Program-made: the position numbers and the translations under genes | Part shown: positions 45,441-54,230 of the stretch, one piece after another | Layout of the letters: each line of letters opens with the position of its first letter | How positions within the stretch are numbered: the stretch's first letter is position 1 | DNA from: a virus | Taxonomy: Duplodnaviria > Caudoviricetes | Reading direction: 5' to 3' (one strand) | DNA: 54,409 nucleotides | Virus record (IMG/VR): IMGVR_UViG_3300023109_001408 | Span: 1-54,409 of that record | Notes under the pieces: model-generated | The model's database searches: none | Seen by the model: only the letters and a program-made list of their open reading frames with translations | Told to the model about the DNA's origin: nothing

Positions 45441-46526
45441 ATGGATACTTCAACACGCACAGTTAGCCCAAATGGCGCAAAAGCAAGCATTAAACATGCT
45501 CTGTTAAAGCAACGTCCTATCTTTTTATGGGGACCTCCAGGTATTGGTAAATCCGATATCGTTCGCCAGGTTAACGATACGTTTTCAAATTCACATTTGA
45601 TTGACATTCGTTTGTCGCTATGGGAACCTACAGATATTAAAGGTATTCCGTACTTCGACAGTAACTCCGGCACAATGGTTTGGGGTGCGCCTAATGAACT
45701 TCCAAGCGAAGAATTTGCAGCACAGTTTGACCATATCACATTGTTCTTAGATGAGATGAACTCGGCAGCGCCAAGTGTACAAGCGGCAGCATACCAGTTG
45801 ATTCTAAATCGTAAAGTAGGACAATACAAACTACCTGACAATGTATCAATTGTTGCCGCAGGTAACCGTGAAGCAGACAAAGGTGTTACATATCGTATGC
45901 CTGCTCCGTTGGCCAACCGCTTTATCCACTTAGAGCTTGCAGTTAGTTTTCCAGATTGGTTTGAGTGGGCAGTAGACAACAAACAACACAATGATGTTGT
46001 AGGTTACTTAACATTTGCAAAGAAAGACTTGTATGACTTTGACCCTAAAAGTTCAAGTCGTTCTTTTGCAACACCTCGTTCATGGTCATTTGTTAGTGAA
46101 TTACTAGAAGATGACCTAGACGAAAACACCACTACTGATTTAGTAGCTGGTGCAGTTGGAGAAGGCTTGGCTGTCAAATTTATGGCACACCGCAAGGTTG
46201 CTGCAAATATGCCTAACCCATCCGACATCCTTGCAGGAAAAGTAACAGAGATGAAAACAAAAGAAATCAGTGCAATGTATTCCTTGACTGTTTCACTTTG
46301 TTACGAGTTGAAAGAAGCTTCAGACAAGAACGATAAAAAGTTTGATTCCAAAGTCAACAACTTCCTGCGCTTTTCAATGGATAACTTCGATACCGAGTTA
46401 GTTGTTATGGGCATTAAGCTCGCACTAACACAGTACGGATTGCCCATTGATCCAGACGAAGTGGAGTGCTTTGATGAATTCCACGAACGTTATGGCAAAT
46501 ATATTAAGGCTGCACAAGAGGCTTAA
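45441..46526 (+). CDS. MoxR-like AAA+ ATPase
   Basis: GPPGIGKS, FLDEMN, AAGNR, LANRF, TPRSW. Confidence 0.85.
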   Translation: MDTSTRTVSPNGAKASIKHALLKQRPIFLWGPPGIGKSDIVRQVNDTFSNSHLIDIRLSLWEPTDIKGIPYFDSNSGTMVWGAPNELPSEEFAAQFDHITLFLDEMNSAAPSVQAAAYQLILNRKVGQYKLPDNVSIVAAGNREADKGVTYRMPAPLANRFIHLELAVSFPDWFEWAVDNKQHNDVVGYLTFAKKDLYDFDPKSSSRSFATPRSWSFVSELLEDDLDENTTTDLVAGAVGEGLAVKFMAHRKVAANMPNPSDILAGKVTEMKTKEISAMYSLTVSLCYELKEASDKNDKKFDSKVNNFLRFSMDNFDTELVVMGIKLALTQYGLPIDPDEVECFDEFHERYGKYIKAAQEA

Positions 46527-46532
46527 TATACA

Positions 46533-46566
46533 AATGGACGGGTTTTAAGAGCCCGTCCATTATTTT
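46533..46566 (+). terminator. intrinsic terminator-like hairpin
   Basis: AATGGACGGG / CCCGTCCATT 10-bp stem followed by ATTTT. Confidence 0.7.
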
Positions 46567-46574
46567 GAATTAAA

Positions 46575-46618
46575 ATAATGGTTGACATATATATTAATGA
46601 TGCTATAATATATGTATA
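46575..46618 (+). promoter_or_regulatory. sigma70-type (early) promoter
   Basis: ATAATGG-TTGACA-16 bp-TATAAT with extended -10. Confidence 0.7.
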
Positions 46619-46641
46619 AGTTAACAAAAAGGGCAATGAAT

Positions 46642-47949
46642 ATGAGTACTAAAGACACAGCAAGTAAGTTAAAAAACTTTACTCCAGATCCGGATATTAC
46701 GCCCGAAGCATTAGAAGCAATGCGTGTAGAAGTTATGGATCGTATTATTACTGCACGTATCGGTCTTTTACTACGTCATCCATTCTTTGGCAATATGGCT
46801 ACACGTTTGAAGATTGTTGCTGCCGATGATTGGTTGCCTACTGCGGCTGTAGATGGTCGCAATCTTTATTACAACACACAATTCTTTAACGCAATGAACA
46901 ATAAAGAAATTGAATTTGTTGTTGCACACGAAATTTTGCATATGGTATTTGACCATATTGGTCGTAGAGAAGATCGTAATCCAATGATCTATAACATCAG
47001 TGCAGACTATATTGTAAACAATACACTAGTGCGTGACCGCATTGGTGTTATTCCTAGCATTGTAAGTTGCTACCAAGATTTTAAATACGAAGGCTGGACC
47101 AGCGAAGAAGTATACGATGATGTATACGAGCAAGCTAAAAAGAATGGTGAAGAATATCTAAAGCAACTTGGCGAAATGCTAGACGAACACCTCGACATGG
47201 ACGGTGACGAAGGTAGCTCAGACGGTGATATGGGCGAAGACAGCAACGGTAACGCTACAAGCAAAAGCAAGCCTAAATATTCTAAAGAAGAAGAAAAGCA
47301 GATTAAAGATGAGATCAAAGAGAATATGATCTCTGCGGCACAGAGTGCAGGTGCAGGCAATGTCCCAGGTGCGGTACAACGTATTATTAAAGAGCTTACA
47401 GAGCCTAAGATGAACTGGCGTGAGATTATTCGACAGTCAGTGCAAAGCACAATTAGAAGTGACTATACATTTAGTCGTCCGAGCCGTAAAGGACAAATGA
47501 GCGGTGCTATTTTGCCTAGCATGGACTTTGAAGATACAATTGATATTGCTGTATGCATTGACATGAGTGGTTCAATTGGAGAAGTACAAGGCAAAGACTT
47601 CTTAGGTGAGATCAAAGGCATCATGGAAGAGTTTCCAGACTACAATATTAAAGTATGGTGCTTTGACACTAGAGTGTACAACGAAGAAGACTTTGAAGCA
47701 AATGACGGCAAAGACTTGTTAGACTACGAACTAATGGGCGGTGGCGGCACTGACTTTATGGCTAATTGGACATACATGAAAGAACAAGACTATGTTCCTA
47801 AGAAACTTATTATGTTTACAGACGGCTATGCTTGGGATAGCTGGGGTGATCCAGACTACTGTGACACAGTATTCCTTATCCACAGCAACCGTGATAAAAA
47901 CTTAGAAGGACCGTTTGGTACATCAGTACACTACGATGCGGCTGCATGA
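46642..47949 (+). CDS. zincin-like metallopeptidase fused to a vWA domain (DUF2201-type)
   Basis: TAAVDG, HEILH (HExxH), acidic linker, MIDAS DMSGS, GGGTDF, FTDG. Confidence 0.85.
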   Translation: MSTKDTASKLKNFTPDPDITPEALEAMRVEVMDRIITARIGLLLRHPFFGNMATRLKIVAADDWLPTAAVDGRNLYYNTQFFNAMNNKEIEFVVAHEILHMVFDHIGRREDRNPMIYNISADYIVNNTLVRDRIGVIPSIVSCYQDFKYEGWTSEEVYDDVYEQAKKNGEEYLKQLGEMLDEHLDMDGDEGSSDGDMGEDSNGNATSKSKPKYSKEEEKQIKDEIKENMISAAQSAGAGNVPGAVQRIIKELTEPKMNWREIIRQSVQSTIRSDYTFSRPSRKGQMSGAILPSMDFEDTIDIAVCIDMSGSIGEVQGKDFLGEIKGIMEEFPDYNIKVWCFDTRVYNEEDFEANDGKDLLDYELMGGGGTDFMANWTYMKEQDYVPKKLIMFTDGYAWDSWGDPDYCDTVFLIHSNRDKNLEGPFGTSVHYDAAA

Positions 47950-48227
47950 TTAAGAATAAAAAAGTAAATCCATTAAACGTATTTGAAGTGAGGCAAGTTA
48001 AATCAGCTTTGCCCCACTTTGAGTATGTTAACCTGCCAATGAAATATAATTTAGAAGAAAGTTTAGTCAAATGGATTAAACAAAATCTAAAGAATAGATT
48101 TTATGCTGGTAAAAATGTAAGTTTAGATAGTGATAACAAGTTCGTACAGGTACTAACTGTAGGTTTTGAAGAAACAAAAGACATGAGTTATTTCATGTTA
48201 GCTTGTCCACATTTAAAGTACAAATAA
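47946..48227 (+). CDS. hypothetical protein
   Basis: ATGA-coupled ORF. Confidence 0.65.
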   Translation: MIKNKKVNPLNVFEVRQVKSALPHFEYVNLPMKYNLEESLVKWIKQNLKNRFYAGKNVSLDSDNKFVQVLTVGFEETKDMSYFMLACPHLKYK

Positions 48228-48264
48228 ATAAACTGCGCATATATAATATAACAAGGAGATAATT

Positions 48265-48501
48265 ATGAGCGAAGAAACACAAGTCGAAACAGAAGTTACA
48301 GAAACATCTGAAGCTACTACTGAGACACCAGGACCTGACTTAACAATTCAAGACTTGCAAGCACTAAAAAGTATTATTGATGTTGCAAGCCAAAGAGGCG
48401 CATTTAAGCCTAACGAAATGATGACTGTTGGTCAAACTTATGGTAAACTAGAAACATTTTTAGCAGCCGTTGCACAACAGCAGCCTGCACAAGGAGCATA
48501 A
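48265..48501 (+). CDS. hypothetical phage protein
   Basis: AAGGAG RBS; IIDVASQRGAFK motif; ATAAATA at 48224-48230. Confidence 0.7.
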   Translation: MSEETQVETEVTETSEATTETPGPDLTIQDLQALKSIIDVASQRGAFKPNEMMTVGQTYGKLETFLAAVAQQQPAQGA

Positions 48502-48502
48502 T

Positions 48503-49135
48503 ATGTTAAAACACGTAGGCCGAATGGTCAGAAATCAAAGAAGAGTAATAGTTGCTTACAAAGTAGTACCAGGCGAGCCTGATAACTGTGTAGTAGTAAC
48601 AACAGAAAATTTAGATGCTGGCGATCATGATGCATTGATCAAGTTGGTTGAATCTCCTGCAGGACAAGAAGCAGACGATCTAGCTACTGTAATGATGCGT
48701 ACTCAATTAGCCGACGGCGCTAACATGCTTGCACGTTTCCATACAACTGGTAAAATGATTAAAGCAAAGACTTCTGAAATTGAAATGATTCCTAATCAGA
48801 ATACATCCATTAAACTAAGTGAGCTCAATGAAGCAATTGCATCTCAAAAAGGTGTAACAGTAGCTGATTTGGCTGTTAAAGGTCCAGATGGCGCAACTAT
48901 ACAACCTACTAAAGACGCAAGCGGCCCAGCAATGACTGCTAGTGAAATGGCAGCGGCGGCAAGTGTAGCACCTATTGCAGAAGACGGTGTAATTTCTGAT
49001 GAATCACTTGCTAAAAAATTCCGCAGTGACGCTGATAGACTAAGCAAAGAAGCAGCAGAATTACGCAGACAAGCAGAGGAATTGGTTCCAACTAAAAAGA
49101 AAGCAGCACCGAAGAAGACTGCTGCTAGTGTCTAA
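48503..49135 (+). CDS. hypothetical phage protein
   Basis: AAGGAG RBS; start moved to 48503. Confidence 0.7.
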   Translation: MLKHVGRMVRNQRRVIVAYKVVPGEPDNCVVVTTENLDAGDHDALIKLVESPAGQEADDLATVMMRTQLADGANMLARFHTTGKMIKAKTSEIEMIPNQNTSIKLSELNEAIASQKGVTVADLAVKGPDGATIQPTKDASGPAMTASEMAAAASVAPIAEDGVISDESLAKKFRSDADRLSKEAAELRRQAEELVPTKKKAAPKKTAASV

Positions 49136-49445
49136 AAATAATCTGCCTCCCGAAGTAATTAGCCATTGGCCAGAAATTTTCAAAGATGTTGAAATTAAAG
49201 CTGTGCCCATCGAGTATATACACACTATACATGTATACTTTCACGATGGAAAAATTTGGCAAATAGACATGGATGAACAAAAAGCAAAAGATGCCAACGA
49301 TTTAAACGGCATTGAAAACAGTCTAGAAACATTTCTAGAACAATATAATGACGAAATCTCCCATGTAGACTTTAGACTTAATACTACTAAAGTGGTCCAA
49401 GATGTTAAGAGCCGTACTAAAAGTTTTATGAAGAAAAGAAAATAG
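49128..49445 (+). CDS. hypothetical protein
   Basis: GTG start overlapping the previous stop. Confidence 0.62.
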   Translation: MSKNNLPPEVISHWPEIFKDVEIKAVPIEYIHTIHVYFHDGKIWQIDMDEQKAKDANDLNGIENSLETFLEQYNDEISHVDFRLNTTKVVQDVKSRTKSFMKKRK

Positions 49446-49468
49446 ATTCTAAGTTATCTTTAAAAATG

Positions 49469-49476
49469 TATAAATA
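49469..49476 (+). promoter_or_regulatory. T4-type late promoter TATAAATA
   Basis: Exact T4 late consensus upstream of the tail-fibre-like gene. Confidence 0.65.
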
Positions 49477-49506
49477 CTAGTAATAGATATTCTAGGAGTA
49501 TAAACA

Positions 49507-50739
49507 ATGGCTTTACGTCTAAGACGCGGCACAGATGCAGAACGCTTGCTAATAACACCCGTAGAAGGTGAATTAATCTACACCACTGACACCAAATTGT
49601 TATATGCTGGTGACGGCACAACTGCTGGAGGAACATTAGTTACAGGAGCAGGTGGTGGCGCAGCAACATTGGATGCACTTACAGACACCGATTTAAGTGG
49701 TACTGAAAATGGCGATGTATTGGCATTCAACTCAGGAACCAATAAGTGGGAACCTGCGTTAGTACCTGGTGTTGGTACGTTTGCGTTAAACGATATTAGT
49801 GATGTTTATATTAATACAAGTACTCTTCGTACAGGTGATTTTTTAAAACTAGACGGCGCAGGAAACTTTACCAACCAGCCCCTTACTGAATATTTTGCTG
49901 AAAATATGAATTGGGCTATCAATGTTATTGGTGTCGATTCAACTGTACTTGTCGACTCAGACAACAGTGTACTTAGAGGAACATTAGTAGGTGATGTTAC
50001 AGGTGATGTTACAGGCGATACAGCAGGTACACATACTGGATCAGTTGTTGGCGATCTAACAGGTAATGCTGCAGGATCACACACAGGTACGTTTGACGGT
50101 GAAGTAACAGGTAGTGTGTTCAGCGACGATTCAACAATATTAGTAGACGGAGTCAACAGTGAGATTGTCGGTAATGTAAATAACAATACTATTACCACAA
50201 AAGATCTTGCATCAGGTCCAATAACAGTATCTGGAATTGGAAGGTTTGGCAATAAAGCCGGCATTGAAATTATTAGCGATGGTAACGCCGACGACGGTTT
50301 TTCACTATTTGACATCACAGCTTCTAAAGAAAGTGACGTTGGGTCAGCAATAAACATAACAAGATCACGCGGTACTCCAGCGGCACCAACTGCACTACAA
50401 GCCGACGATGAAATTATGGGGATTAACTACTTTGGTTATGACTCAGACAATGTAGCGGCTGTGGCAGCAGTAATTCAAGTTGCAGTAGATGGTACAGTAG
50501 GCTCAGGCGCAGTTCCAGGTTCAATATTACTTGCCACTGCTAATGCAGCAGGAACACCTACACCAGCATTAGTTGTAGATTCTAGTCAAGCAACTAACTT
50601 TCAAGGTGCAGCAACATTTGCTAATATGACAACTGGTGTTCGAAATGCACTAACACCGGCAGCTGGTATGGTTGTGTTTAATACTACAGAGACAAAATTA
50701 CAAGTATACACAGGTATAGCCTGGGTAGATCTACACTAA
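49507..50739 (+). CDS. tail fibre / virion appendage-like protein
   Basis: LRRGT...P.EGEL.Y.TDT..LY.GDG N-terminal motif, GDVT-type repeats, C-terminal GMVVFNTT..KLQVY...W. Confidence 0.7.
   Translation: MALRLRRGTDAERLLITPVEGELIYTTDTKLLYAGDGTTAGGTLVTGAGGGAATLDALTDTDLSGTENGDVLAFNSGTNKWEPALVPGVGTFALNDISDVYINTSTLRTGDFLKLDGAGNFTNQPLTEYFAENMNWAINVIGVDSTVLVDSDNSVLRGTLVGDVTGDVTGDTAGTHTGSVVGDLTGNAAGSHTGTFDGEVTGSVFSDDSTILVDGVNSEIVGNVNNNTITTKDLASGPITVSGIGRFGNKAGIEIISDGNADDGFSLFDITASKESDVGSAINITRSRGTPAAPTALQADDEIMGINYFGYDSDNVAAVAAVIQVAVDGTVGSGAVPGSILLATANAAGTPTPALVVDSSQATNFQGAATFANMTTGVRNALTPAAGMVVFNTTETKLQVYTGIAWVDLH
49978..50115 (+). repeat. G-x-[VLH]-[TV] tetrapeptide coding repeats (12-bp period)
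   Basis: GTLVGDVTGDVTGDTAGTHTGSVVGDLTG...; ACAGGT recurs. Confidence 0.6.
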
Positions 50740-51221
50740 GCAAACGTACTTACTTGACATGTATGAAAATTAACAGCACTTGCATTGACTGCAAAGTGCA
50801 TTTCGTGTCCTGTAAACTTCCAAACATCACCAACTTTCCATTGTGAAATAATATGATGTTTAAAAGGCACAGCTTGCCCAAATTCCCATTGTTCTAAGAA
50901 AATCAAATACCTGTAGCAGTCATCTAATTCTACTTGATGCTCCTGTCTAAGCGTGTAAAACGTGTCTTTGTGTGTTGGAAGTATTACGTTGGGTTGTATG
51001 CAAGTCCAGCTTACTGACGCTGTATGAGCGTCTAAGACGTCTTTAAATGCGGTTGCATTGGGTAGTTCTTCATTAAAACTTTGTAACAAATGTCCATTAT
51101 TATAGTCATCTTTGTTTAGATGATCGAAGTTTTTTGCACTCCAATCTACTTTTCTAGCATAGGTATGTTGTGCTAGGTCTTCTTCCCAAAAGTTTGGTAG
51201 TGTTGTTACATATTTAGGCAT
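50736..51221 (-). CDS. cupin / 2OG-Fe(II)-like oxygenase
   Basis: LPTHKD (HxD), W..GDVW.F, distal H.A.N. Confidence 0.6.
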   Translation of the reverse strand: MPKYVTTLPNFWEEDLAQHTYARKVDWSAKNFDHLNKDDYNNGHLLQSFNEELPNATAFKDVLDAHTASVSWTCIQPNVILPTHKDTFYTLRQEHQVELDDCYRYLIFLEQWEFGQAVPFKHHIISQWKVGDVWKFTGHEMHFAVNASAVNFHTCQVSTFA

Positions 51222-51222
51222 A

Positions 51223-53070
51223 TTATTTCCTTTCAACTTTTAGAATACTAAACCCATTTCTATTTTTATAAAACAGTTTGTCTTTAAAGTCTTTGTCATC
51301 TTCCCAAAGAAGCTTGTTCTTAAAGGTGTAGGTTATATTTTCTTTTACAAGCGGTGAATCTTCATTGCATACATCATTTATATTATACTTGAAGTCGCCG
51401 TCTATGTCATCTACTCTATCTTTGTTAACTAGATATAGTTCTGAAAATTTTATTAAATCTTCTAGTACTTCATTGTCTAGGTCTTTGAAATATTCTCTAG
51501 CCCATTTTTGTATTGTTTCTAATACATCTGTTCTATTCTTGTGCCATTCAATTTGATTAAGCACAACAATAACATTATCATTATCAAATACAACATCACT
51601 TTCTGTATTCCAGAAAAAATCTTTAAGCTGATTCTCTTGTTGAGTGTGTAACATATTTAAGAACTTATCTTTTTTAATACAATTTTCAAGCAAGTCTTCA
51701 TAAAAGTCCAAATAGCTAACACCTAGATGATTACGAGCAAATTTTGCTAGTCCTTGTGTCCAAGCATAGTGATGGAAATGCAATACTGTCCAGCCCCACA
51801 TCCAACTGTCGATATAATCTTGTCTAGACATAAACTCACTAGCAATAACATAGTTGTGCATTTCAGGAATACGAGAAATTTGATTTGGCATTACTACTGT
51901 AAACTTAAAGACTTCGTAATTAAATTCCTTTACCTGTTTGGCAAACGCACTATTTTTTAAAACTTCTAAAGGATGAATGTCAATAAAGAAATGACATCCT
52001 GCTTCTATTGCAGCACACAATCCTTCTCTCCAAGTCTTTTTTGTTTCAAAAGGCAATCCTAATATAAACTCAGTGTAGTATGCAACATCTTGTTTGTCAC
52101 ACTCTGCATACATATCAGCCAACTTTGACATTTCCATATTCTTACGTTCAATTGACTCTAATGTTTCTTCGTTCATACTCTGAACACTTAGTGTAAATCC
52201 TTTGTTAAGATTTACTTCTTCAAGAATTTTAGCAAGTCCAATCATTTTTTCTGCACTATTTTTATACCACGTAGCACTTACATTGTGTGGATAGTCTGTT
52301 TCTTTTTTCTTTTTAACAATGTAATCGACAATTTCTTTATCACGATCATAGAACACACCAAAGTTAGCATCTGCAATGTGAACATACTCTATCTTATTAT
52401 TAACAATCCAGTCCCATTCGTCAAATACTTTTTTAAGATCAAACTTTTTAATTTTTGATTGAGTTAAACTGCCCCAATCACAAAAGCTACATTTAAAAGG
52501 ACAACCTCTGTTGGTTTCTAAACAAGTGGCCCATTTGATTCCTGGATTGTCGTCTACTACTTTCTGTAGTATGCCGCCATCAACAAACGGACTAGGCAAT
52601 CCTGCAGGATCAACACGTTTTTGAATTTGGTATATAGGTTGTAAATTATCTTTTAAATAATCATTTAACAAATAAGCTAAACTAACTTCACCTTCATTAA
52701 TTACAATACTATCAACAAAAGGATTTGCCAATGTAAAATTAAATCCTATTTCGTCAACTTGCGGACCTCCAAAAATAATCACACACTCCGGCCATTTTTC
52801 TTTGATCAGTTTTGCTAATTCTAAGTTATAATTATCATTCCATAAGTAATGGCTGAATAGACATAATTCAGGATTTTCTAAACGATTGAGAACATCAGCA
52901 AACTCTTCGCGTTTGAATATACATTCCTGTACTTCAAAATTGTCTTTGACTTCTTGGTGCTGATTTACATAAGTCCATACAGATGCTACACTATAAGGAA
53001 GCCACAGACTAGTATATTGCCCATGACCCATCTGATAGTTCACTTGAAAAAGATACACTCGTTTTTTCAT
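51223..53070 (-). CDS. cobalamin-binding-domain radical SAM enzyme
   Basis: FSHYLWN and IIFGGPQ N-domain, EGE, ETNRGCPFKCSFCDW, DANFG, ILGLP.ET. Confidence 0.85.
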   Translation of the reverse strand: MKKRVYLFQVNYQMGHGQYTSLWLPYSVASVWTYVNQHQEVKDNFEVQECIFKREEFADVLNRLENPELCLFSHYLWNDNYNLELAKLIKEKWPECVIIFGGPQVDEIGFNFTLANPFVDSIVINEGEVSLAYLLNDYLKDNLQPIYQIQKRVDPAGLPSPFVDGGILQKVVDDNPGIKWATCLETNRGCPFKCSFCDWGSLTQSKIKKFDLKKVFDEWDWIVNNKIEYVHIADANFGVFYDRDKEIVDYIVKKKKETDYPHNVSATWYKNSAEKMIGLAKILEEVNLNKGFTLSVQSMNEETLESIERKNMEMSKLADMYAECDKQDVAYYTEFILGLPFETKKTWREGLCAAIEAGCHFFIDIHPLEVLKNSAFAKQVKEFNYEVFKFTVVMPNQISRIPEMHNYVIASEFMSRQDYIDSWMWGWTVLHFHHYAWTQGLAKFARNHLGVSYLDFYEDLLENCIKKDKFLNMLHTQQENQLKDFFWNTESDVVFDNDNVIVVLNQIEWHKNRTDVLETIQKWAREYFKDLDNEVLEDLIKFSELYLVNKDRVDDIDGDFKYNINDVCNEDSPLVKENITYTFKNKLLWEDDKDFKDKLFYKNRNGFSILKVERK

Positions 53071-54146
53071 TATGGTAATTTAAAATCCTTGAGTTTTGTA
53101 ATTTCGATTAGTTCGTGTGTCTGCTGTTTATATCTTTCTGCATATTTAGGAAAATGATTGTAAGGATACCAAGGAGCATCTAAAAGATTAGATGGATCGT
53201 ATTGTATTCTATATGCACACCTATCTTTGTGTCCTGGATCTTTTCTTCTATGAAGTGTTACACTATTATCAAACAATAACAGCTCATTATCTGTTGCATA
53301 TTTATGATCGTAAACATATTTGTCTGTAAACAATTTCTCGTCAATCATTTTAAATATTTTACTAGACTCTTCTTTGGTCATGCCTTTAATACCAGTTGCA
53401 GTATTAGTTGTATAGTGTAGTCCTTTGTGTCCTCCCGGACTTGTTAACACCATAGGAACTTCTGCATCAGGATGATAACAAAATTCCATCTGTAACATAT
53501 TACCCAAATTAGGATCTGTAAGTTCAATATCATTAATACCGCCCGGAATATAGTTATGTATAACAACCATCTCATCTAATTCACTACGGAAACTTTCACT
53601 AAAAGATTGATAAAGATCTACAGTTTGTACAAATCCAGTTGTACTTCCTGTCATATATTGTCCGCCTAACAATGCTACTTCTGGCGCAAAAGTTAATTCG
53701 CTAGATTCATTACTGTGCCAATATAGTTCGCCAGCGTCAAATGCTCCTAGAGAATTACCATCTTCATCCTTGCGGCCTGTTATTCTTGTTATAAAATTGC
53801 CGCCTTCTGTTTGTTCAACAAAGTGCCTCTTAAACATTAAATAATTTCTATCTTCATCACTTACATTAAAACGATCAAAAGCACCTTCATCTTTAGGATC
53901 AAAATCCTCACCGTATTTAATTTTAAAATGTGCTCTTGAATTACGTGTACCCTTGTTGGGTCCAAATTCTCTTATTTTTGCTACATACTGATCTCTGGTT
54001 ATATTAACATTTCTAAGTATTGTAACTAAGCCTTGTAGATGCAATTTTCCGATTTCGAACCATTCGTCATTTGAAAGATTGTTAAAATCGACATCATCTA
54101 TATAGTGTCCAAAAGACCCTAACCCTGGAATTTCAGTTACCTTCAA
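53070..54146 (-). CDS. TauD/TfdA-like Fe(II)/2OG dioxygenase
   Basis: GLVTILRN, YWHSNE, FDNSVTLHRR; TTG start with GGAGA RBS. Confidence 0.72.
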   Translation of the reverse strand: MKVTEIPGLGSFGHYIDDVDFNNLSNDEWFEIGKLHLQGLVTILRNVNITRDQYVAKIREFGPNKGTRNSRAHFKIKYGEDFDPKDEGAFDRFNVSDEDRNYLMFKRHFVEQTEGGNFITRITGRKDEDGNSLGAFDAGELYWHSNESSELTFAPEVALLGGQYMTGSTTGFVQTVDLYQSFSESFRSELDEMVVIHNYIPGGINDIELTDPNLGNMLQMEFCYHPDAEVPMVLTSPGGHKGLHYTTNTATGIKGMTKEESSKIFKMIDEKLFTDKYVYDHKYATDNELLLFDNSVTLHRRKDPGHKDRCAYRIQYDPSNLLDAPWYPYNHFPKYAERYKQQTHELIEITKLKDFKLP

Positions 54147-54216
54147 CTCTGTCTCCTTTATTCTTATACTGTATATTTAAGCAAATCTAGATGCCTTATT
54201 GGTATTATTGGCTATG

Positions 54217-54224
54217 TATAAATA
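54217..54224 (+). promoter_or_regulatory. T4-type late promoter TATAAATA
   Basis: Exact consensus, 6 nt before ATG 54231. Confidence 0.6.
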
Positions 54225-54230
54225 ATACTG

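Noticed and set aside
939-50357. Many minus-strand ORFs of 60-213 aa in the track (e.g. 13349..13795, 21920..22357, 45350..45991, 49806..50357)
   Set aside because: They lie antisense to well-supported genes, lack RBS and motifs, and are the expected shadows of biased codon usage.
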